64,000 nt of DNA from Ascidiella aspersa (Eukaryota): the NCBI GenBank assembly GCA_963924565.1, contig OZ004610.1, positions 11,904,001-11,968,000 on the forward strand. Reading direction: 5' to 3'. Under the pieces are notes generated by a model. The model ran no database searches and was not told the DNA's origin. It saw only the letters and a program-made list of their open reading frames with translations. Every line of letters begins with the position of its first letter. Position 1 is the first letter of the stretch. Below, piece by piece: positions 25,801 to 35,673 of the stretch. A program made the position numbers and the translations under genes.

Positions 25801-27303
25801 CGTTGAATTTGTTTAATGTTTATCCGATTTTTAATATACCTAGATAGAATTGCCCTTTGTATTGACTTTAACTCACCGTTTTCATTTCAAATGGTAAGAA
25901 AGTATAACATTTCAAGCAGCTAGTTATAGAGTCGCAAACTTGCAAACAAATGTTAACCTTATATTGACCAGTGACAGCATTAATGGCAGAATCAGTATAT
26001 CCTCATTCAAATAAATAATGGATTCATCTATTTATCTATCAGAACAGTGTTGCCAGTCCACATCTGATCACACAAGTGGAGGCGACAATGTATCTCACCA
26101 TAAACGCATCTAGCCTCCTCTCCCGACCAGACCCGTTCGTCCATGCACATCCGTCGATCGGTTCCTTTCAGCCTGTAGCACTTGTCGCACTCGAAACTGC
26201 ACACGTCCGACTTTACATCGTTGTTGTACGAGCAGAACATTTTGCCGTTCCTGGGCGCTGACAGCGGGGAACAAGTGCGTTCTACATAAAGGCACGAGCA
26301 GGTTGAGCTACCAGCCGATCGGGACAAAATAAATTAAAATACATTAGGGCATATTTTGGAATTAATTTTGCAACAGATGTTGGCAAAACGGTTATACATC
26401 ACTGCAAGGTCTTTAGCTGGTTTACTATGTTACTGATAAGTGTGCGAGTTATATCAAAATCGGATAACCGCCCTGGCTACGTTTAGTACTTACGCTTCAT
26501 GTCTCCGTTGCAGCCTGGCGTGGAACAGCAGTGTCTGCAAACCGACAGTGGCGAGTTGGCGATCGTGTTGCACTGAGTGATGGGCCATGCTTGCATGTAG
26601 TTCTGCTTCTCGTTGTTCATGCAGGCGTGTGTTTGCTTGCAACCCTGAAAAGACAGTTTTGTAGTCAAATATTGGCAATGTACTTTTCATTACAACTAGC
26701 AGCTTTTGGACACCAGGCGTAATAAGATTGGAAGTAAGTTAACTCTGCATCCAATATGTGGCTTTTCGAAATTATATCCGCCATGTAGGCTAGCCTTCAG
26801 ATAAGGACTTAAAAATGGCGAGAACAACAAAGTGTTGGTGTTGTTTCAATGAGTAAACAGGCCACTCCGATATTGCTAATCAATTCCAATTAGAAAGAGG
26901 GGATTAACCTACACCTACCTTGTTGATGATGATCTGCAGCTTATGGTCGGTGTTCCACACGCGGATCTCGGTCTGGCACGACTGCTGTGAGGCCTGACAC
27001 GTGACCAGGTTCCGGTTGCATTCCTCGTTGCTGCGAGCGTTTCGGCAGGTGAAGCACTGCAGGTTGGTGGAGCTCTTGGCCAGGATAGAAATGCCGAGAA
27101 CGCAGCTGGGTAGGATGGCCGCCAAGCACAACAACGCTGCACGTGGAATTAAGCGGTTAACTCGCATACTTACCATGCCGTGCGCCGCTGCACGGTTACA
27201 AGAGCGATAAAAGCATATTCACTACAACAAATTAAATGAGGGTTTAGTATCAGACGAGCTTAATAGAGAGAGACTTACATTGCACATTTAGATTTAGAAT
27301 CAT
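18837..27303 (-). CDS. Gene A: secreted mosaic protein SP-LU(Ly6/uPAR)-CCPx4-halfEGF-cbEGF-CLECT-CCPx2-VWA, 18 exons, ~923 aa
   Basis: Exons: 27279-27303, 26919-27136 (or in-frame acceptor at 27187), 26494-26644, 26099-26281, 25375-25569, 24809-25003, 24346-24537, 24220-24250, 23899-24077, 22171-22352, 21585-21747, 21090-21215, 20512-20703, 20210-20386, 19774-19877, 19534-19696, 19148-19258, 18837-19021. Junctions are GT-AG and phase-consistent; total 2772 nt. N-terminus [23 protein letters not shown]; no transmembrane segment before the stop. The start exon (27303 versus the ATG at 27176) and the 31-nt exon are the least certain parts. Confidence 0.85.
21090..22352 (-). CDS. Gene A C-type lectin domain (3 exons)
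   Basis: [30 protein letters not shown] / [22 protein letters not shown] / [19 protein letters not shown]. Confidence 0.88.
22412..23170. mobile_element. Composite hAT MITE with one left end and two right ends
   Basis: Left TIR CAGTGTTTCTGAACC (22412). Right TIRs GGTTAAGAAACACTG (ends 22877) and GGTTGAGAATCACTG (ends 23170). The TSD matches only the outer end (AGTTAGAG / AGTTGGAG). GGGGTAC motifs and an internal poly-A are present. Confidence 0.7.
23398..23686. mobile_element. hAT MITE (same family as 14569-14893)
   Basis: TIR CAGCGGTTCTCAACC / GGTTGAGAACCACTG; TSD CTATAGAT on both sides; GGGCCAC subterminal repeats. Confidence 0.92.
23899..24077 (-). CDS. Gene A calcium-binding EGF exon
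   Basis: [27 protein letters not shown]...[23 protein letters not shown]. Confidence 0.9.
26494..27060 (-). CDS. Gene A LU/three-finger domain (12 Cys)
   Basis: [62 protein letters not shown]. The N-terminal CxxC and C-terminal CCxxxxCN are the LU signature. Confidence 0.8.
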
Positions 27304-27483
27304 CTTTTCTTGATGTTTGAAACGAATCGACGCGCTGCGCTAAGTTTCAGTTCTACTAATAAAGAATGCAAGGTTTGCCTCCTGAAAAACAAAGAAGTAT
27401 ACTGTTAGTAGCTTGCATACAGTTAAACTGGTATCGATGCTGATCAGTTCGCTGATGTCGTTCTTCCTAAACTGATCGAAAGC

Positions 27484-27520
27484 AACTGATGATGATCTGT
27501 GAAATCCATGGCGTTATATA
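27484..27520 (-). promoter_or_regulatory. Candidate TATA + Initiator core promoter of gene A
   Basis: Minus-strand TATATAA (27520-27514) with TCAGTT 33 nt downstream (A at 27487), ~185 nt upstream of the ATG at 27303. Confidence 0.5.
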
Positions 27521-29315
27521 CTCGAAACGCCACGAATTAATTTGATAGTTTTTGTTGTCGGCGTGCACCCTTAACCCTGCTATAAAGCTCGTCAAACCAG
27601 TAATTGGCAGTTACTTTTGTTCGTCTACTTGTTTAACGATTGTCTGGCCTGTTTTCTCGTTTTCACTGAATTCATACCGCGCTGTTGAACCGACGCGAAC
27701 GCAGAGGCGATTCGGCGTATCGCCTATATAATTTTATCAGTTTGCGTGTTTAAGGCCTTCAAGTGCAAGACACGTCTTCTAAAGATTGCTAATCGAAATT
27801 CTCGACGGCTTTTACGAGGTGTAACGACCGTCCTGCGACCACGCGACGCAAGTAAATAGACAACCTTGCCATTTGCTTTATTGTAATAGGTCGTGATGTC
27901 ATTTGAGGCAGTAAAATTTGGAAATGGCAAAGGTGTTTTGCTTTTAGAAAATATCAAAATATGCATTGGTTTGATACAGAGCACTTTAGTTGCCGAAGTT
28001 GGTATTTGTAGGACACTTACATTTTGAATTTTCGGCCGACTTTCCGCCCTAAAACGTCGGTCATGTTAACATTTCCACCACCAACTTTTAAATCTGGCTA
28101 TTTCCAAGTCAATTTTTATCATTCTCAATTACAAAACTATACAAGGCAGCTTTTGAGTTTAAGTATCAATTTTTAATTTATTGGCGTGTTGCGCTCCTGG
28201 TCTAAACCTAGTTTTGCACAATAAGTAGGCTATACCTTCTCTTAAACAGTTTTTGGTTTCCATGCTTTCAGCAGGCGACACGTAAGGTATATTTCGAGTT
28301 GTCGCTGTATAAACTTCGTGTTGGTGACACGTAGAGGCCCAACATTTCAAGACAATAATTATAGCCCTCTTCCTGCCCCATTCTGCTGGGAACGAGCGCG
28401 ATCGTTTATTTCTATCCTTGTCCCACGTATATGAGTAGCAAACACACAGTCGAAAATTTTGTTGGTTATATTTTTCTTACGAAAGATGGAAAATTTACAG
28501 AACACGAAATTTCGCGACCGTTACAGAGCTGATAGAGATAGAGATAGCAAGAGTATGAGTGGCAATTAATTAAAAAACTGTTACTTATATCCGAGGGTGT
28601 TTTGTGTGTGAAGGACATATGATGCAATAATGGCGTAAAAAACATGAAGTCGGTATGCTACGAATAAGGGTAATAGATATATCTGGTGATTCGGTTATAA
28701 AAAACGGAAAATATGCCGCACTCGTTGTAAAAACAAAAACACTTTTAAAAATGGATTCGATGCGAGAGACGTACGCTACACTCTCGGTCCGGATTAAAAA
28801 CTTTAATAAAAACAACGAATGTTAGTGTTTATATACTTAGCGATAACGTATAAGCTGCTTCGGCAGGCGAGAACAGAGACGTGAGTTGCTGGGCGTATGC
28901 TTCATAAAAATTTTCAGCCCCGAGAAGTTACAACAAATCAACGCGCAGGAGGAAAAGCGGCGAGAATGGAGAGCACACAAAGATATGCACAGGGGATAGC
29001 CTTCGAGGTGACAAACCACAAAAAAACAATCTGCACCAGCTAATTCGGCAACAGATTGATTAGCTCTACTCAACGGGAAGATAGTTAATACAAACAGTAG
29101 GATAAAAGGCGGATTGTCAAAAGGCACCGGCGTACTTTGCGTTATAACACTCCTGGATTTACGTTTAAAGGCGTCTTTTATAAAAAAAGTTTTTGGCATC
29201 CGATAAAGGAAGGCACATAAATGAAATGAATACTACAAAACTCAAAATAATTGACGTGATTAGGTCTTCTGGTAAACTGCTGTCAAATTTTATGCTTTCA
29301 TGCATTAAAAGTCAA

Positions 29316-29321
29316 TTTATT
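29316..29321 (-). terminator. Candidate laminin polyadenylation signal
   Basis: Minus-strand AATAAA ~1.3 kb after the stop, followed by a U/GU-rich tract; other AATAAA hexamers exist (e.g. 30078-30083). Confidence 0.35.
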
Positions 29322-29810
29322 GATAAGGGAAAGGCGTTTTGGTGTACAACACAAAATAAACAAGAGAAAGAGAGAGATACTCGACTATGTACAGAGAATA
29401 AATTAGACAGGGACGTATGTGCTCACAGCGCCTCCGGTGGTTAAAATGCAATCGGTGCAGTAATTTAGCGGTGGGCCTACTTCGTTTTTTTTCTCAAGTA
29501 CAATTTTGGATTTGGAAATATTCTTTCTGCTTTTGAGGTAGTCTTGTGATTGTACATCGCCGATGCAGTGAGCACACAACGACAAAACGAGAAGCGGGTT
29601 ATTGGTTACAAAAGGCCCCAGCTCAACAAACTGCAGGATTTTAGGGTTTTTTGTACAAGGTGCTGTGGTAAGCGCTTTTCGCTGGCCAAAAGCACGCCGC
29701 CAGGGCGCCTACTAACACTCGGCTGAATGCGCTTTGTACATGCGGAGATCTACATAAATCTTCGTTTGGCGGAAATGAGCATGACACGCCCGCCGTTAGC
29801 AAAGCACAAA

Positions 29811-29830
29811 AGCAAGCAAGCAAGCAAGCA
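29811..29830. repeat. (AGCA)5 microsatellite in the presumed laminin 3' UTR
   Basis: agcaagcaagcaagcaagca is visible directly. Confidence 0.9.
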
Positions 29831-30616
29831 AAGGCTTTAGAGGCGCGGGCGTCAGAAGCACCATCAGTTTAAGCAAAGCCGCTAAAAGTAAGGAAAGAGA
29901 AGGGACACAAAAGATATGCTGCAAGGCGACACGTGAAAACGCAAAATAAAATTCGACTAGATAAAAAAACGAACAAGTGTGGTATACAAAGCGGAGTTCT
30001 TTTCTTTTGGGGAAGGGGGGTAAGCGGTGATTGGGTTGGGAGGGTGTGAGCAGGGGTGGGGCCAATTGGGGCGACACTTTTATTGCGTTGGTCACCCACC
30101 CGCACAGCTGAATAAAGAGCACACACGCACAGAGAGAGTAACGCGGGTAATTCTATCTCGGCGATCATAGAGGCGACAAAAGATGCTGATAAAAAAGGGC
30201 GAATTCACACCATAAGTAAAATGAAAGAGGCGGCACCCGGAAACTACTCGCGGTGCGTAAAAACAAATCTGCCCTGACGCGACCCTTCGACGTGCTGTTT
30301 ATCGCAAATCCGCCAGCAAAAAAGCACACGATAGAAAACGAGGGCGCGTGGCGATGGACGGCGGTGCCGGGCGGCTGTTTTTTAAGGTCAGAACAGAACG
30401 AGATAAAAATAATGGCGGTGCGATTTGGAGGCGGCGAAATGGAGCGCGTGGGGAAACGGAAGCGTTAAGCGCCGACCGGCGGTGAAAAAAATATCGGAAA
30501 AACGCCGCGGGTCTTTTTTGCGCGTTTTCGGCGCGCGGGTGTCTTTACTCTCTACAAGGCGCGTCGGGAAAGCAAAGATGAAAATGTTAACCTTCCGCGC
30601 TCTGCAAGGCCCCTAA

Positions 30617-33600
30617 TCACTGGCCCTCGTCCTCGACGCTTGTCACGGTGTTGCAAGAGACGGGAATGCTGTCTCGGATTTCTTGCAGGTTGTCCACGTC
30701 GCGGGTCAACTCGGCGATCCGACTGTCGTACTCGGCCAGGGTGCGGTTCTGTCGCAAAGCGGCCGCCTCCAGCGTCTTGATGGCCGCGGTCAGGTTGGCC
30801 ACTTCCACCTGGTGACGTAGACGGGCCAGCTCGTTCTCCAGCGCCGTGATTTCCTCGTCAGTCACGTCGGCCATGTTGTCTGTCGAAGGGACAAAAGGCG
30901 CGGTTTTAAAGTGGGTAGCAAAATCAGGAGTGGATACAATGGGAGGAAGGGTTCAGACCTATTCGCGTGGCTACCTTAAAAGTACTTTTTCTGGTGGTTT
31001 AGTAGGTTAGCAAGCTCTCTTGTATACTAGCTTTTTAAATGGGCAAACTTGCATTTTGAGCATTGTGTAAAAAAATACAGGAAGGAGTAACTAATTTTCC
31101 CATATTGCACTTCCACGTAAACCACATTTACTTTTACCGCGTTCACTCAGTATGCCGATTCTATTCGTACACTTTTATTATATCATGTGGGATAATATAA
31201 AAATGTGACCCAACACAACATTCAAATCAGTAAGTGTCATTCTTTAAAAATAAAAACACACTGTCGTGAAATCAAACATTTGCTTCACCTTTTAGGGCTC
31301 GCAAGCTGCAGAATTGCACAGATTATTTTTTAGATATAACTTACTCAGTCTGTCGAGCAAATCGTTAAGCTGGCCGAGGACAACATGGACTCGATCTTCG
31401 CTCGTCTTTGCCTTCTTACGGGCGTTTGCCGCCGCTGTAGTTGCCTGAAAAGTAAAGAGGTGTTGTTAACAAATGCGGGGTCGCAACACTCATTTTTTCT
31501 TTAGGGGAGAACCTTGTCCCACAGTTAGAAAAGGACAATACGTTCAAAAAGCGTTTTGAAAAAAAAAAGGCATTTCTATGTTTAATGGGACATATTGGAT
31601 GCTTGCAAAGTTAAAACATGACATAATCCGACGTTTGGCTAATTGACCATTACTATTTGCCAAAAAAGGATTGAAACATGGCAAAGTATATTGTTGTGAA
31701 CAGAATTTACTTTATTTGTTTGTTTTTTTAATTAATAAATATAGATATAGCATGTGCGCATTTAAAATATTTTTAGCTGTCTTTTCTGCTACCAGAAGCT
31801 TCTTGTCGTACAGTTATTGAAACCACATCCGATCAGTTCAGCGAAATTTCGTACTAAAAATGCTCAAACGTTTCTCGTCGACCAACTACCAGTTTGCTTT
31901 GATCAGTCGACTTACACGGTCCACGGCAGCCTTGTCCGAGTTGGCTTGATCGGCTGCAGCATTTAGGCCTTGCTCGGTCACATCCAGGTCGGATGCGAGT
32001 TGGTCGATGTCTTCGCTCACGTTCCCGGCGCGGTTCCTGCTGGCGGCTGCCTCGTCCAAAATGTTTCCGGCGGCCTGATTGAAAAAAAAAACATTGTTTA
32101 TTATCGGAATTAAGAAATAGAAGAAACAATTGTGCTCTAAGACTTTTTTGTCGACAGAACTACCCTTATGTTGCCCATGCATACTGCACAAACCCTTTAT
32201 GTTATACCTATCTATCTCTACAAGATAGCAATTCCGAAATAAGCAACGTACACGCAATCATTCTTGTTACGAAAAAGCAATTATAACGAAACTGTTTCAG
32301 TCTGCATGGGTCCGCAACTCACCGTCTGTATCTCGGACGAGATGTCCTGGGCCTGCTGGGCTTTGTCCCTGGCCTGGAGGGCCACTGAGCGCGCCGATCC
32401 GAGGGCTTCGCGGGCTTCCTGGGTCTTGTTGTTGGCCGTGTCGATCTTGGCCTGAATGGCGTCGGCTCCGGCCAGCGCTTCCTCGGCCAAGGCGCGGTTC
32501 GTTGTAATTTCCTTGTCGAAACCTGGAAGCGAACGTTTGGATCTTGATTCGTGCTTTTAAAACTTACATAATCTCGCTAAATTCTCGCCGAGGTTCGACC
32601 ACAAGGCCACGTTTTGTTTCTAACTTAAACGCCAACACAAAAAGCATGTTGAAAATGCTAGCCCTAAGCCTTAGTTCTTTTGAGAGCATTCTCAGAAAAT
32701 CAGGTCTGTCGACATGAATGTTACAAAACACGAACAACATGTTTTTTAACTTACTCTCTAACGAGGCCTTGTTGTTGAGTACCGACTGGTAGGTGGCGTT
32801 TCCAACAGCAACCGCCTCTTGGCTCGACAAGTATGCGCTGTGCACTTGGGCCATTAGCTTGTCGGCAGACTGCAAAAACAAAAACAACATTGTAAAACAG
32901 CTTTGAATTAAAGTACCAAATAAACACATTAGACTGTGTTGCGGTTTCAAATATCGCTAACTTTAACATTTAAAGTGCTTTTTTTTTTCAACTTACGTCC
33001 TGCATTGCGTCCACAATGTCCAGTTGATTACGAGCGAGCTCTATCTGTGATGCGTATTGCTGGTGGTCACGCTTGTATTGAGCGTCCAGGGCGTTGATCT
33101 AAAAAAGAAGAACGAATTTAATGCCAGAATAATTTTACGGCAGTGCAAATCACGGAAGATCACTAGATGATTTAAACCTTGTTAGCTGTTGTTATTACTT
33201 TAACTTTTTAGACAGGAAAGCAGTAGTCGAATCCATCAAAATCATAGTCGAATCCATCATTCACGATTTATGTTAAATCGATTACCACATTAGTGTTTCA
33301 AAATATTTCCAAAAAGTTTTTAGTTTTTCCGGTGTTCCACAAACCTCGGGCAAGAGAGCCTCGGCTTCGGTCTGAATGTTCTGTGAGCGTGTGTTCATGT
33401 CGTCGGTGTCCACTTCGGGCACTACAAGCTTGCTGGCTTCGGTAAAGAGATCGGTAGACTCGTTCTTGGCCTTTTCCGCCTTGCTTTTAAGCACCGGAGC
33501 CAGGGTTGTCAACTCGTTAAGCAAAGCGCGGGTGGCCGGAATCTTGTCTCTGCGCGCGTAAAATAGGGTATATAAAAATATAAATAGTTCTATCAACTTA

Positions 33601-35673
33601 GGCCCAAAAAATATAATTTTTGCTCCTATAGTTTACCGTGAAAGCAAATCAAAAACTCGAAATATTGGTCGTGAAATGTAATCTTTACAGTCGAACAAAC
33701 AGAAGACAAAGTCAGACACAAAAGTTGTCTTACTCTGAGTTAATCATGTTGTCGAGCGTGTTAAGCAATCCTTCCAAAGTGTCCACGGCACCGTCGACCG
33801 CCGCCTTAGCTTTTCGCGACGTATCCAGGGCCTCCTGGGCTGTGTCGACCACCGATTTGGACTCCATCTGGTGCCTACAGGGAAGAATAAACTCGGTATT
33901 AAAAGTGTGTGTATATGGAGGGTCGTTTGATCGGCCTTCCTTAGGGATTCTAGCGACCGGAACGAGCGTACTTAACAGTGACTTTAGTTGAAAGTTAGAG
34001 TTGACAGTCGAAGGACTCGAACGAAGATAATGACATTCCCAAGCGACCGGCGCGCTCACGTGACTTTTCTAGCCTGGGCAGCTCGAATACAGACAGGCGC
34101 CGGCTGAGAGAAATAATTGCCAGGCGTTCGGGTCGGAATCACGCTAAATGGCCAATTGTTGGGTCAAAATTTCCGGTCAAATTGAGACGATTACGTTCGA
34201 GCCGGAATTTCTTTCCCGCTATAATTGTTGCCTTAGTTGACGAACCTGTTGGCAATCGTTTCGGCTTCCAGAGCCAGGGTGCTCATGTTGTTGTTCTTGC
34301 TCAAACTGTCGTCGGCGATAACTTGGGCGGCCATGAGGTGCTTCATAGCCTGAAAGATAATATACGTGGAGTTATTTTACTGTTGCTTTATACCTGTAGG
34401 CTAGAAGTTGCTGCGTTTGTTCCAATATTAAAATAAATAAATTATTTCTAATATTATAAATGCATAATAGAAGAAGCACCTATTCGTGATAGTTAGGAGT
34501 ACAATTTATCATTGGCAATTACACGATTTAAGTCGTATAATTGCCAATAACACCAGCACATAATTAGTTCTGATTAGGATTAACCTGTAATAGTTCTCAG
34601 GAAACTAATCTTACAACAACGTAAAAGTACAGACAAAAGTGTAGCGTTTTTTAACCAAATAGTTTAACATTGTGGCCGAACTTTCACCCTAACAAGACTA
34701 AGTCGCCGGTCCTGGATAGAAACGCATTTGATGCTAAATGATATTTATACAATTTTATAACAACTTACGTCGTCCAGCTGCTTCTGCGCGTGGTCAAGCA
34801 AATTCTTGATGTCTAGGGTGTCGTTCTTGCTGCTGTCCATCGTTTCGCGCGCCTCGTCCACCGAGTTGTTGCACTGCTCCACGTTGTACTCCACCATGGT
34901 CAGCTTCTGGTAGATCTGATTCAGCTGCTCCTCCACCATGTCGGTCTTCTCCTGAAGTTCCGCCATCTTGCCTGTGGCGAGGTTGAAATTTGAAACAATG
35001 TAAAAAGTGCTCGGTGTGCCCGTTATGTGTTAATGTTTACGTAGATTGGAAATCACCTCAAATACAAAACAGATACGGCTGAACATAAACTCGTGATGCT
35101 TTGCAAACTAAGCGGTTGTACATGCAAATCCATAAAATGACTTCGGATTTTCCTTTTTTGTATAATTTCCACCAATGAGGTGGAATTAGGACTATTACTA
35201 ATCAAAACGCAATTTGATAACTGCTATCAAATTCTTCAATGAGGTTTTTTTTTCGACCCATCTCGAGCTAATGGCCGTATTGTCCCCCATTCGTCTCTAT
35301 CATCCTGGTATAAAGTAAACTAACCACTTAAACAACTCACAGGTCCGCTCCCAAAAATAAATAAAGGCTGGTTACGATAAGACTTCACATTTTCAGTCTT
35401 AAAAAATAACGGCAAAAACAGCGAGACACGCGTCAAATAAACGACGACCCAATGGTGACTCAAACATGAAATTACCTTCGTTCTGGGCAGCACGCTCCTT
35501 CATCATCTGCACTGTCTTGTTGAGTTCGGCCAGCTGAGACTCGAAGTCGTCGTCACTGGTGGAATCACTGGCGGGCTGGTCGCCGATGTTAGCTGCGATC
35601 TCCTCAAGCCTGCCTAGCTCCCTGCGGTGGACGTCCACTGCGCTCTGGACCAGGCCGTAGCAGGCCGGACACT
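30617..35673 (-). CDS. LAMC1: Laminin gamma exons 19-29: coiled-coil long arm and C-terminal tail
   Basis: CPACYGLV followed by Ala/Glu/Gln/Leu-rich heptad exons, ending [18 protein letters not shown]-stop (TGA 30617-30619). Confidence 0.92.

Noticed and set aside
27137-27173. ATG|GTAAGT...TGCAG read as a 37-nt first intron of gene A
   Set aside because: Very short, and it puts the ATG in the wrong frame (MRCCAW...).
232-27210. Many + strand ORFs overlapping the CCP/EGF/LU exons
   Set aside because: Antisense shadows of the real minus-strand exons.
222-27303. Calling gene A or B an orthologue of SELP, SVEP1, CR1, CFH or factor B, or merging them into one gene
   Set aside because: The domain order matches none of these (no pentraxin/HYR, no protease domain, internal lectin). 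Gene A has its own stop and gene B its own signal-peptide exon.
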